A DNA stretch of 64,000 bases, from positions 704,001 to 768,000 of the forward strand of contig CAVRAL010000004.1 of assembly GCA_963719085.1 (NCBI GenBank). Reading direction: 5' to 3'. A model generated the notes under the pieces. The model ran no database searches. It saw only the letters and a program-made list of their open reading frames with translations, and had not been told where the DNA came from. Shown piece by piece: positions 28,098-37,474 of the stretch (its first letter is position 1; the number at the start of each line of letters is the position of its first letter). Both the position numbers and the translations under genes were made by a program. This stretch comes from a candidate division FCPU426 bacterium. Its GTDB lineage: Bacteria; Oederibacteriota; Muellerivitia; Muellerivitales; Muellerivitaceae.

Positions 28098-29314
28098 GAA
28101 GCGGCCTCCCGCTTCAATAAAACCAAACACGACGTATTCCCCCCAAAAGCGAAAGAATTCGAAAGGGCGACTTTTCCCTGAAAGGCACGGGATTGATTGG
28201 GCACACAGTCGGACACACAATTTTCATCCTGAATTTCCCAATTCATGGTCGGTAATAATCGGCCGCGATCCAAAGATAAACAAGTCATGACCGCTTCGAT
28301 GGCGCTGGCGGCTCCCATGGTATGGCCGATCATGGACTTGATGGAGTTCACGGGAATTTTACAATCGGTCCCGAATACTTTTTTAATGGCGAAAGATTCA
28401 GTTTTATCGTTCGCCGGGGTTCCGGTGCCGTGGGCCGAGATAAAATCAATTTTTTCGGGCGCGAGTTGAGCCTGAGCCAAAGCCTTGAGGATGCTTTCGT
28501 AAGCGCCGACTCCCTCGGGATGGGGCGAGGTCATATGAAAGGCGTCCATGCCCAATCCATAACCGCCAATTTCACAATAAATGTGCGCGCCGCGGGCCTT
28601 CGCCGTTTCTAAGTTTTCAAGCAAGAGAACTCCCACCCCCTCGCTTACCACCAATCCTTTTCGGTTGGCGGAAAAGGGCCGGCATTTATCCGGCGTCAGG
28701 GAAAGAAGGCGGTTGAATCCGGTAAAGGCCACGCGGGAAAAAACATCCACTCCCCCGCAAATGGCTAAGTCTAAATTGCCCTGGCGGATTTGCTCAAATC
28801 CCCAGCCAATCGCGTAATTGCCGGAAGCGCAGGCGTTGGAAAAAACCATGGCTTGTCCGCCCACGCCCAAAAAATCAAGGACGGAAAAAGCGATCCGGGA
28901 ACTTTGGACTTTATCAAAGCTATCCGGTTTTATTTCGGCTTGGCGGTTTTTGACATTGAATTCGGACATGCGTTCAGCCAATTGGACTTCGCCCATCGTG
29001 GTTCCAAAATAACTGCCGACCCGAAGGGAATCGATCTGCGCAGCGGTGAGCCCGGCGTCTCGGAGCGCTTCTTGCGTGGCCAGGATGGAGAAAGCCGCGG
29101 CGCCTTCATAGCGGCCCGGGTTTTCTTTTTCAAAAAGATCCAAACGTTGCCGCTGTTTAATTTCACCGCCCACCTTTACTCGATAAGGCGCCGGATCCAA
29201 GGATTGAAGCGGCTCAATCCCGATATCACCGCGAACCATGGCTTCCCAGCTCGTCGCCACGTCTTCCCCCAGAGGACAAATCACGCCGAGGCCTGTGACA
29301 GCGACTTTTTTCAT
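28094..29314 (-). CDS. fabF: Beta-ketoacyl-ACP synthase (FabF-like / type II PKS KS)
   Basis: VAVTGLG, NACASG, SAHGTGT, KSMIGH, SNSFAFGG; GGAG RBS before ATG 29314. Confidence 0.92.
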   Translation of the reverse strand: MKKVAVTGLGVICPLGEDVATSWEAMVRGDIGIEPLQSLDPAPYRVKVGGEIKQRQRLDLFEKENPGRYEGAAAFSILATQEALRDAGLTAAQIDSLRVGSYFGTTMGEVQLAERMSEFNVKNRQAEIKPDSFDKVQSSRIAFSVLDFLGVGGQAMVFSNACASGNYAIGWGFEQIRQGNLDLAICGGVDVFSRVAFTGFNRLLSLTPDKCRPFSANRKGLVVSEGVGVLLLENLETAKARGAHIYCEIGGYGLGMDAFHMTSPHPEGVGAYESILKALAQAQLAPEKIDFISAHGTGTPANDKTESFAIKKVFGTDCKIPVNSIKSMIGHTMGAASAIEAVMTCLSLDRGRLLPTMNWEIQDENCVSDCVPNQSRAFQGKVALSNSFAFGGNTSCLVLLKREAAS

Positions 29315-29500
29315 CCCGGGCTCCTTGCCAAACGCTTGAATCATTCGGGCCAAATTCGCTGATAATTTTCGCGATCAGTCAAAATTAGTTTCACGCTCAT
29401 CTTGCTTTCCCCGTCGGCTTTTAGCGCCATGACTCTTTCGTTGTTTTTCTGTCACTTTTAAGCGGGTTCGAAGTCCACGCCGCAGGTTTGTCTTCTAGAA

Positions 29501-29530
29501 ATGATAACTTGGTTTTCTTTTAAATTACAA
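29501..29530 (-). promoter_or_regulatory. Candidate sigma70 promoter of the KS-to-phcR cluster
   Basis: Minus strand TTGTAA-N18-TATCAT in an AT-rich intergenic region. Confidence 0.45.
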
Positions 29531-29644
29531 AAAAAGGTTGAAATGGGTATTTTTTACACAGAAGTTGTTTATCGCTATTTTTTTGTCAAAACTTGACTAA
29601 AAAATTGATAAAACAATTTTAATTTTGCATGTTTACTGTCAAAA

Positions 29645-30664
29645 CTAGAAAAGAGAAAGTTGGTCGGTTGAGGAAACCGGTTTCATTTTTTTCCGCCCGA
29701 TTTTTAGGCCCGGGGCTCCAAAAACCATGGGAGCCGCGGACTGAACCACCGAAGGCTGCGCGGGCCCTTCGCTTTCAACAAGAACCGGCGCAAGAATGGG
29801 AATCTCGGAGACGATTGGCGTCGATGAAGCCTCAACTTTTTTGCCTTTGCTTTCCAAATAAGCTTTTCCGCCGGCGCACACCGAAAGATACTCGCACCAC
29901 CCGCAAAGACGGCTGGGCTTGACCGGAAAGGCCTTCGCCTTCTCAATTTCCTGGATTTTGGAGACGTATTTTTTTTTCAACCACTCCACTTCTTTGGCGT
30001 TGCGCTCGCTGACCACCAAGTCCTTGTCAAAAGCCACAAAATGCCAAGCCAGCTTCACCTTGGCGCTGGAGCCGATCTTCGGGTTCTGGGAAAGCCCGAT
30101 CTGGTAAAGCGCCAATTGATCCTCGTACTTGGCGTCTTCCTCGCTCATTCGGCGGGAGCTGGTTTTATAGTCGTGGATCCAAAAGGTCCCCTCGCTGTCT
30201 TTTCCCAATCGATCGATGAAGCCCTGCATTTTATATCGGCCGTCCGGGTCCAAATTAAAAAGCACCTTCATCTCAATGCCTTGGGTTTGATCTTGGTCAA
30301 ACGGCTGATATTTATGGTAATAATTTTCAACAAAAAGCTGGCCCTTCTCGTAATAGTCTTCCAGGGTCTGGCCTTCGTGCACAATCCGGATGGGCGTGGG
30401 AAAGCCGCGATCCCGCTGTTTTTTCAGGGCTTCCTGCCATTTATGTTCCCAATGGTTTTTAAAATAATTCAACAGCTCGTTGACGGTGGGAACGCGCTCG
30501 GGAATTTGTTGATAAAGATATTCCATGCACTCATGGAAACGGGATCCCAAAAAAAGCTCAATGCCTTCCGCCACCGGCGGCGGTGTTTTATGGATATAGC
30601 GGAACTCAAATTGGGCGGGGCAGGTGAAGTAGGTATTGACGCGGGAGTAAGAATAAATCGTCAT
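29645..30664 (-). CDS. Stand-alone PD-(D/E)XK nuclease, RecB/Cas4-like with Fe-S cysteines
   Basis: SYS..YFTCPAQF, GFIDRL, IHDYKTS, QLALY, CGWCEYLSVC. Confidence 0.85.
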   Translation of the reverse strand: MTIYSYSRVNTYFTCPAQFEFRYIHKTPPPVAEGIELFLGSRFHECMEYLYQQIPERVPTVNELLNYFKNHWEHKWQEALKKQRDRGFPTPIRIVHEGQTLEDYYEKGQLFVENYYHKYQPFDQDQTQGIEMKVLFNLDPDGRYKMQGFIDRLGKDSEGTFWIHDYKTSSRRMSEEDAKYEDQLALYQIGLSQNPKIGSSAKVKLAWHFVAFDKDLVVSERNAKEVEWLKKKYVSKIQEIEKAKAFPVKPSRLCGWCEYLSVCAGGKAYLESKGKKVEASSTPIVSEIPILAPVLVESEGPAQPSVVQSAAPMVFGAPGLKIGRKKMKPVSSTDQLSLF

Positions 30665-30670
30665 GGGCGG

Positions 30671-30699
30671 ATTATAGCCACTCGCCCCTTAAATGTCGA
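30671..30699 (-). promoter_or_regulatory. sigma70 promoter positioned for leaderless mRNA of the nuclease gene
   Basis: TCGACA-N17-TATAAT, 6 nt, then ATG 30664. Confidence 0.7.
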
Positions 30700-30750
30700 A
30701 CCTCCCGCATCCGGCTTTTTTTTGGCCGGACCTTTTGCTACATTGGAGCC

Positions 30751-32487
30751 ATGCCCCTTCTGGACAATCAAAAACTTCCTCATGAGTTTCCCCGCCGCTA
30801 TGTGCCTCCCGGCGTCGATTTGGGAGAGTGGTCTTCCCTGATACCGTTTTTTGAGGAACTGGAAAATCGCTCCCTGACTTCGGTTTCGGATTTAGAAAAG
30901 TGGTTGGAGAATTGGCAGGAGTTAGAAGAGGTCCTGGATGAGGAAGGCTCGGCCCGTTACGTGCGGATGACCTGCAAAACCGACGATCCCCCCGTCGAGA
31001 AAAAATACTTGGAATTCTTGGAAGGGGTCTCCGAGCCCAGCAAACGCCGTTTTTTCGCCTTGATGAAAAAATATTGGGAAAACCCTTTCAGGCCGGATCT
31101 TCCAAAATCCACTTATGCTCTTTTTAACCGCAGCGTGGAAAACCAGCTGGCCCTTTATCGCCCCGAAAACATCCCCTTAGAAACCCAAGTGGAGAAATTA
31201 TCCCAGCAATACCAAAAACTGAGCGGCTCCCTGACCGTCATTTATGAAGGCCGGGAACAAACCCTTCAACAGATGGGCCGTTATCAAGAATCCACCGACC
31301 GCGCCCAGCGGGAAGAAACCTGGCGGAAAGTGGCGGAGCGTCGTTTGAAGGATCGGGAAGCGTTCGACGATCTTTATGACCAAATGCTGAAAATTCGCGT
31401 CCAGATCGCCCAAAAAGCCGGGTTTGCCAATTACCGGGACTATATTTTCCCCCGTAAGGAACGCTTCGACTATGGACCCAAGGATTGTGAGAATTTTCAC
31501 GAAAGCGCCGAAAAGGCCATCCGACCGCTGGTTTTAGAAATCCAAAAAAAACGGGCCAAAAAAATGGGTCTGGAAAAGCTTCGGCCCTGGGACCTGTCGG
31601 TCGATCCGGAGGGACTGGCACCCCTGAAGCCCTTCACGACAACCGATCAATTAGTGGAAGGCTGTCATCAAATTTTGAGCCAGGTCGATCCTGAATTCGG
31701 CCGAAATTTCCAAAAGATGCGGGACTTGGGGCTGCTGGATTTGGAAAGCCGCAAAGGAAAAGCCCCCGGAGGCTACAACACCACGCTTTCGGAGACCCGG
31801 CTGCCTTTCATTTTCATGAATTCGGTAGGCCTGGACGGAGACGTGCGCACCCTTTTGCACGAAGGCGGGCATGCCATGCATAGTTTCGCCTCCCGCGGCA
31901 TTCCCTTTTCTTCCTATCGCCACGCGCCCATGGAATTTTGCGAGGTGGCTTCCATGAGCATGGAATTATTGGCGGACCCTTATCTGAAGGCTTTTTATTT
32001 AACCCCTCAAGAGGCCGCCCGTTCCGCCAAAAAACACCTGGAAGACGTGATTTTGCTTTTGCCTTGGATCGCCACGATCGACGCGTTTCAACATTGGATC
32101 TATACCCATCCCCATCATTCCCGCGAGGAGCGTTCCGAAGCCTGGGTCGCCCTTCGTCTAAGGTTGGGCGGAGCGGAAGACTGGAGCGGCCTGGAAGAGG
32201 TGAGGCGCAGCCTTTGGCACCGGCAGCTTCACATCTTCGAGGTTCCCTTTTACTACATCGAATACGGCATCGCCCAATTGGGCGCCCTGCAGGTATGGAA
32301 AAACACACGGGAAAAGGGACGGGAAGGCGTGGAAGCTTATAAGCGGGGCCTGGCCGTGGGAGGAAGCCTTCCCTTGCCCGACATTTTTAAATCAGCGGGA
32401 ATTCGTTTTGATTTCAGTTTGAAAATGATTGAACCGCTCATGGCCGAGGTTCAAAAAGAACTTCAAAAACTCGAAGCCCTCAGTTAA
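30751..32487 (+). CDS. M3 family oligoendopeptidase (PepF-like)
   Basis: HEGGH zinc motif, EVASMSME, HIFEVPFYYIEY, GKAPGGY. Confidence 0.92.
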   Translation: MPLLDNQKLPHEFPRRYVPPGVDLGEWSSLIPFFEELENRSLTSVSDLEKWLENWQELEEVLDEEGSARYVRMTCKTDDPPVEKKYLEFLEGVSEPSKRRFFALMKKYWENPFRPDLPKSTYALFNRSVENQLALYRPENIPLETQVEKLSQQYQKLSGSLTVIYEGREQTLQQMGRYQESTDRAQREETWRKVAERRLKDREAFDDLYDQMLKIRVQIAQKAGFANYRDYIFPRKERFDYGPKDCENFHESAEKAIRPLVLEIQKKRAKKMGLEKLRPWDLSVDPEGLAPLKPFTTTDQLVEGCHQILSQVDPEFGRNFQKMRDLGLLDLESRKGKAPGGYNTTLSETRLPFIFMNSVGLDGDVRTLLHEGGHAMHSFASRGIPFSSYRHAPMEFCEVASMSMELLADPYLKAFYLTPQEAARSAKKHLEDVILLLPWIATIDAFQHWIYTHPHHSREERSEAWVALRLRLGGAEDWSGLEEVRRSLWHRQLHIFEVPFYYIEYGIAQLGALQVWKNTREKGREGVEAYKRGLAVGGSLPLPDIFKSAGIRFDFSLKMIEPLMAEVQKELQKLEALS

Positions 32488-33226
32488 AAGCCCAAGTCAC
32501 CGAGAATTGGCTGAACCCCGCTGAAACTGAAAACTCCTTCGGTTTTTCCACCACCATATTGCCCAATAGAATTCCCAGGGTCGCCCCGGCTAAAACATCC
32601 GAAAGATAATGATGGTCCCCCTCGATTCGGGCTAGTCCGGTCACCGTCGCCAAGGCGTAAGCGGGAATTCCCAGTTCATCCCCTCCGTATTTTTCAATAA
32701 TCGGCGCCACGCAAAAGGCCGTGATGCTGTGGCCCGAGGGAAAGGAAAAATGATTGCTCCCATCGGGTCTTTCCCGATTCACCGCGAACTTGAGCCCCGT
32801 GGCCAGAACCGTCGCCATCACTAAAGACTCGGAAGCATCCCGGCCAAATTCCGCCAGCCGAAGGTCCGAGTGAAGGCCTCCCCAAACCCAGCAACCCACG
32901 CCGCCAAACCCCTGCACCCAGCCTTCCCCGTAAAAATTCCCAAAATCCCATAGTCCGGAAACATTTAAATCTTTTAGGGGCGCGGGCCAGGGGTTCCGGG
33001 AGTCCTCAAAAATCCAATCGGCGGCGGTCAAACTGGAACCCGCCAAAAATAGAAAAGGATTCGGCGCGTCCAAAACATGGGGAATATCCGAGAGCATTTT
33101 GGTTGGAAGATGAAGCAGGGTTACGTCAGGATCGGAAGAAAAAAAAGGATCGGCCTTCAGCGAGGAACAACCTAAAAAAAAAGCCAGAACCCCCCAAAGG
33201 GCCCGGCTTTTTTTAAATCGGGACAA
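32480..33226 (-). CDS. PAP2-family phosphatase with signal peptide
   Basis: K..VNRERP, FPSGH, RIEGDHHYLSD. Confidence 0.88.
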   Translation of the reverse strand: MSRFKKSRALWGVLAFFLGCSSLKADPFFSSDPDVTLLHLPTKMLSDIPHVLDAPNPFLFLAGSSLTAADWIFEDSRNPWPAPLKDLNVSGLWDFGNFYGEGWVQGFGGVGCWVWGGLHSDLRLAEFGRDASESLVMATVLATGLKFAVNRERPDGSNHFSFPSGHSITAFCVAPIIEKYGGDELGIPAYALATVTGLARIEGDHHYLSDVLAGATLGILLGNMVVEKPKEFSVSAGFSQFSVTWAFN

Positions 33227-33229
33227 TTC

Positions 33230-33718
33230 TTATTTCTTAAACTTCGGGCCAAACCGAAGAAAAGCCCAAACCCCGGCGAAAAGGCCGATCAAGGGAAAAA
33301 AGGCGCTCAGTTTTCCCTCGCCCAACTGGGTGAAAACCGTGCCGGGACAAATACCGGCCAAAGCCCAGCCCGCGCCGAAGACAAAGGCCCCGATCAGACG
33401 CTTACGGTCCAAGGGCGGATTTTCCCAGGCGTCGGTTTGCTTGGCGAAGTTCTTGTCGTTGCGGCGAAGCAGGAAAAGACCCAAAGCGATGACCGCCAAG
33501 GCCACCGCCATCACGCCGTATAATTGGAAATCGGTGAACAAAAACATATTCAAGACCGTGTCAAAATCGGTGGCCCGGGACTTTGAGAGAAAATAGCCAA
33601 AAGCCACTCCAAACAAAAGAATGGAAAGACCGGATCCGATGGAGGCCGAGTTGGTTTGGGGAGCCGAACGGCGTTTTTTTAAGGACGTTTTTTTAAGGAT
33701 TGTGATTTTTTTGGCCAT
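33230..33718 (-). CDS. YeeE/YedE-family (PmpB-like) sulfur-compound transporter half
   Basis: 4 TM, FGAGWALAGICPG. Confidence 0.8.
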   Translation of the reverse strand: MAKKITILKKTSLKKRRSAPQTNSASIGSGLSILLFGVAFGYFLSKSRATDFDTVLNMFLFTDFQLYGVMAVALAVIALGLFLLRRNDKNFAKQTDAWENPPLDRKRLIGAFVFGAGWALAGICPGTVFTQLGEGKLSAFFPLIGLFAGVWAFLRFGPKFKK

Positions 33719-33719
33719 G

Positions 33720-34175
33720 TTAAAACACCCGATATAGAATTTGAGCGGTCACGATGCCCGAGACCAAGAAACCCACCGTCGCCAAGATCGCCATCCAATA
33801 GCCCCGGGCCATGCCCATTAAGCTATAACCGCTGGTGCATCCTCCGACCCACCGGGCGCCAAAACCAACCAGCGCGCCGCCCACCAACAGCAAAACCGTC
33901 TTAAGTCCTAAGCTCCCCAAAGAAAGACCGTCGATCCGGCCATAAGTTAAGGTCCAATTCCAATGGCCCACGTTGGCTAATAGGCCGCCCAAGGGAAGCC
34001 CCAGCAGAAATAACAGGCCCTTGGAGAATGGCGCGGTATAAACCGATTCCACCAAACTGGAAACCCCTAGTTTGCGGCCCGTGAACCAAGCGAACGCCAA
34101 GGCGGTGAGACCCAGGCCCAACCCTCCGGCCCACCAAGTCCAGGTCAGGGTAAAAAGCAATTGGAATAGATGCAC
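33720..34175 (-). CDS. YeeE/YedE-family (PmpA-like) sulfur-compound transporter half
   Basis: 4 TM, GFGARWVGGCTSG; AGGAGG RBS. Confidence 0.8.
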   Translation of the reverse strand: MHLFQLLFTLTWTWWAGGLGLGLTALAFAWFTGRKLGVSSLVESVYTAPFSKGLLFLLGLPLGGLLANVGHWNWTLTYGRIDGLSLGSLGLKTVLLLVGGALVGFGARWVGGCTSGYSLMGMARGYWMAILATVGFLVSGIVTAQILYRVF

Positions 34176-34227
34176 GTCATCCTCCTGTTTTTCAATGGGC
34201 TTATTCTATCCTAACCTGGGAAGGGTT

Positions 34228-35136
34228 TCAAAAACTCCCGAAGCTTTTACCGGTCAGCCGCTCGTAAGCCTCCACATATTTGGCCCTGGTTTTTTCCACC
34301 ACTTCGTCCGGCAGGACGGGTCCCGGGGGGGTTTTGTCCCAATTCTTCAAGGTTTCCAGATAATCCCGCACGAATTGTTTATCGAAACTCTTTTGGGAAA
34401 CGCCTTCTTGATAATCGGCCTTGGGCCAAAACCGGGAGGAGTCCGGGGTCATGACCTCATCGATCAGGATCAAATCGCCGTTAAACAAGCCGAACTCAAA
34501 TTTGGTGTCGGCGATGATGATCCCCTTGGCGTCCGCCAGATCCCGGCCCTTTTGATAAATGGCCAAGCTGACGTCTTTTACTTTTTGAGCCAAGGCGTCA
34601 TCTTTTAATATTTTTTTCATTTCCTCAAAAGAAATATTAAGGTCATGGCCTTCCTCGGCTTTGGTGGAAGGGGTAAAAATGGCTTCCTGAATTTTGGAAG
34701 ATTCCACCAAGCCTCGCGGCAGGTCCAGTCCGCAGACTTTTCCGGTCTTTTGATATTCTTTCAAACCCGATCCGGTCAAGTAACCCCGCACAATGCACTC
34801 AGCGGCCAAGGGTTTAGCTTTTTTAACGATGACCGATCGGTACTGCAGTTGGTCCTTGGCTTTTTGAAAGGCCTCCGGCAATCCGGAAAGGTCGGAAGCG
34901 ATCAAGTGATTGGGGATTAAATTTTCCATTTGCTTGAACCAGTAAAGGGAAATTTGGTTCAAAACCACGCCCTTATCCGGAATGCCGTTGGGAAGGATCA
35001 CGTCAAAGGCCGAAATACGGTCCGTGGTCACGATGAGGAGCTTGTCGCCTAAATCATAAATGTCCCGGACTTTGCCGCGCTTGGGCTCGGGCACACCGGG
35101 GATTTTGGTTTGAAGCACAACGGGGGATAAAGCCAT
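34228..35136 (-). CDS. purC: SAICAR synthase
   Basis: [41 protein letters not shown]. Confidence 0.97.
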   Translation of the reverse strand: MALSPVVLQTKIPGVPEPKRGKVRDIYDLGDKLLIVTTDRISAFDVILPNGIPDKGVVLNQISLYWFKQMENLIPNHLIASDLSGLPEAFQKAKDQLQYRSVIVKKAKPLAAECIVRGYLTGSGLKEYQKTGKVCGLDLPRGLVESSKIQEAIFTPSTKAEEGHDLNISFEEMKKILKDDALAQKVKDVSLAIYQKGRDLADAKGIIIADTKFEFGLFNGDLILIDEVMTPDSSRFWPKADYQEGVSQKSFDKQFVRDYLETLKNWDKTPPGPVLPDEVVEKTRAKYVEAYERLTGKSFGSF

Positions 35137-35149
35137 CGCCTTCTCCTGA

Positions 35150-36118
35150 TTAAAATTTATTTTTTTTCTGATCCAAAAGCCATTTCACGTAAATCGCCAC
35201 GCCTTCCTCGACCGGAAGAAAGGCTTCCGAATAGCCCGCCCCGCGCATCTTCCCCATATCGGCTTGGGTGAAGTATTGATAGCCCGCCCTAAATTTTTCC
35301 GGTGTATCCACCCACTCAATTTTTTGCGGGATCCCCAAAGCCTTGAAGAGCGCCTTGGAAACATCCAAAAAAGTGCGGGCTTGCCCCGTTCCGCAATTGT
35401 AAATGCCCGAGGGCGGATTTTTTTCCAAACAAAAAAGACAGAGCTTCACGATATCGTCGACGAAAATAAAATCACGTTTTTGTTCCCCGTCGGCCACGCC
35501 TTCCTTATGCGATTTAAAGAGAGTTTGTTTTTCGGTTTTTTTGATTTCATAAAACCCATGAAAGATGGGGGAGGCCATTCGACCCTTGTGGTTTTCGTCC
35601 ATCCCGTAAACATTGAAAAATTTCAGTCCATGCCAGCGGGGCGGGGCCATTTTTTGTTCCAAAGCCCAAAGATCGAACTCATGCTTGCTGCGGCCGTAAA
35701 CGTTTAGGGGTTTATACTTCGGGATATCCCGATGGTCATCCGAATAACCCTCTTCGCCCCGCCCGTAGGTGGCGCCGCTGGAGGCGTAAATCAGGGGGAT
35801 TTTCTTTTGCGCGCACCACTGCCAAAGGGTTTTGGTGTAATCGGTGTTCATTTTCCACATATAAGCTTGGTCGTGATTGCCGGTGTCCGTGCAGGCTCCC
35901 AGATGAATGACGGCGGTCACCTGGGAAAGTTTCGAAAGGTCGGCCAGGAGTTTTTCACGGTCTAAAAAGGGAAGGGATTCCAAGCCTTGGGCGCAGCTGC
36001 GGGTTGAGAGATAATCGGCTTTATCCACCAGCAAAAGGTCTGTTTGGCCCTTTTGTAAAAGCGCGTGGGCCAACCGACTCGCGATAAAACCGTAGGCCCC
36101 GGTAACGAGGATGCTCAT
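35150..36118 (-). CDS. hldD: ADP-L-glycero-D-manno-heptose 6-epimerase
   Basis: [53 protein letters not shown]. Confidence 0.92.
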   Translation of the reverse strand: MSILVTGAYGFIASRLAHALLQKGQTDLLLVDKADYLSTRSCAQGLESLPFLDREKLLADLSKLSQVTAVIHLGACTDTGNHDQAYMWKMNTDYTKTLWQWCAQKKIPLIYASSGATYGRGEEGYSDDHRDIPKYKPLNVYGRSKHEFDLWALEQKMAPPRWHGLKFFNVYGMDENHKGRMASPIFHGFYEIKKTEKQTLFKSHKEGVADGEQKRDFIFVDDIVKLCLFCLEKNPPSGIYNCGTGQARTFLDVSKALFKALGIPQKIEWVDTPEKFRAGYQYFTQADMGKMRGAGYSEAFLPVEEGVAIYVKWLLDQKKNKF

Positions 36119-36210
36119 GAACCGCCCTTGCCGAAAGAATGTCCCTGGAAAAAGAGGGCTCATTATATAAGCAGAAAAGAAAGACGGGTTTTAAATTTGA
36201 CCGGAAAGAA

Positions 36211-37338
36211 TTATAGACCGACCGATGGGTGGGGACGACGGCCCAAAACAAAGGGGCTTAAATCCACCGAGGGTTTTTCACCCAATAGATCTTGGGCGAT
36301 CAATTCACCCGTGGCGGCCGAAAGAAGCAGCCCGTGGGTGAAATGCCCCGCGGCCAGCCAAACTCCCTCCCAATCGGGAAATTTTCCCAAAAAGGGCCAG
36401 CCATCGGGCGACCCGGGCCTCAGGCCCGCCCAGCTGTCATCCATCAAAACCTCGCTTAAGCCCGGCAAGGCGCGGAGGGCTCCGCGCTTTAATAGTTCTA
36501 ACCCCGAGGAGGTCGTGGTTTTGTCAAAACCGACTTCTTCCAAGGTGCTTCCCACGTAAATGCGGCCGTCCATCCGCGGAACCAAATAAGCCAAGGGCGA
36601 AAAAAGAACATGGCTTAAAAATCCGGGTTGGGATTGGTAAAGCAAGGCTTGGCCCCGAATGGGCTTGATGGGGATCACCCGCTTAAATTTCTCGCCAAAA
36701 AGGCCCGTCCAAGCGCCCGTGGCCAAAACGACCGCGTCCGCTTCCAGGGTTTCTTTGTTGGTCTTTACCCCGAAGATGGTTCGGCCCTTGGCCAAAAAGC
36801 TTTGAACCAGCTCCAACTCCCGAAGGATCACCCCTTGGGTTTGAAGCGACCGCAAAAGCGCCCGCGTGAGGCGGGGCGGCCGGACTTGACGGGTTTGTTT
36901 TAAGTGAAGGGCCGCTTGGACTCTTGGCGAAAGCCCCGGTTCCCTTTGATGGACTTCCGTTCCGGTCAACCATTGGCCTTCCAAGCCTTGTTTTTTTAAT
37001 TTTTTCTCAAGCTCACGGATTCCCTTTTCATCTTTGTCGTCAAAGGCCAAATCCAAACTGCCCGATTCCAATAGCTCGCAAGAAAGCCCGCTTTCTTTCT
37101 CTATTCGCTCGACCCATAGGGGAAAAAGGTCGAAAGAAAACCGGCAAAGGTCAAAGTACGCTCCGCCGACTTGAGCGGCGGCCCGAAGATCCAAATAGCC
37201 GGCCCCGGCCCAGGACGCTTCTTTGGCGAAGGGACCCCTTTCGATCACGATGGATTTTACGCCGCGGGATAATAAGTGATGGGCGATCGAAAGTCCGATG
37301 ACGCCGCCGCCCACGATAATGACTTTTTTCACGCCCAC
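36211..37338 (-). CDS. thiO: Glycine oxidase / D-amino-acid oxidase family (ThiO-like)
   Basis: GGGVIG, ASWAGAG, PIRGQ, YLVPR, WAGLRP, GHFTHGLL. Confidence 0.8.
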   Translation of the reverse strand: MGVKKVIIVGGGVIGLSIAHHLLSRGVKSIVIERGPFAKEASWAGAGYLDLRAAAQVGGAYFDLCRFSFDLFPLWVERIEKESGLSCELLESGSLDLAFDDKDEKGIRELEKKLKKQGLEGQWLTGTEVHQREPGLSPRVQAALHLKQTRQVRPPRLTRALLRSLQTQGVILRELELVQSFLAKGRTIFGVKTNKETLEADAVVLATGAWTGLFGEKFKRVIPIKPIRGQALLYQSQPGFLSHVLFSPLAYLVPRMDGRIYVGSTLEEVGFDKTTTSSGLELLKRGALRALPGLSEVLMDDSWAGLRPGSPDGWPFLGKFPDWEGVWLAAGHFTHGLLLSAATGELIAQDLLGEKPSVDLSPFVLGRRPHPSVGL

Positions 37339-37413
37339 GAAAACGCCTCGCTCCGTAAAAGATTCAATGGATCACACCTATCCTAACCAAGATCGAGTTG
37401 AAGTTTCCAAAAT

Positions 37414-37450
37414 AAAAAAGCCTTCCCGGTTTTTGGCCGGAAAGGCTTTT
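37414..37450 (-). terminator. Intrinsic terminator after the NTF2-like gene
   Basis: Minus strand GCCTTTCCGG-loop-CCGGGAAGGC followed by TTTTTT. Confidence 0.75.
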
Positions 37451-37474
37451 GAAATCCTTTTAAAAAAATTTAAA

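Noticed and set aside
25780..29314. Housekeeping fab operon or canonical aryl-polyene cluster
   Set aside because: No plsX/fabH/fabD, ACP motif is YDSM, has CLF-like gene and own PPTase; also lacks the ligase, transport and glycosylation genes typical of aryl polyene loci
29601..29620. FNR box in the cluster promoter
   Set aside because: TTGAT half-site present but the second half and spacing do not match TTGAT-N4-ATCAA
29645..30664. CRISPR-Cas locus around the Cas4-like nuclease
   Set aside because: No cas1/cas2 and no repeat-spacer array
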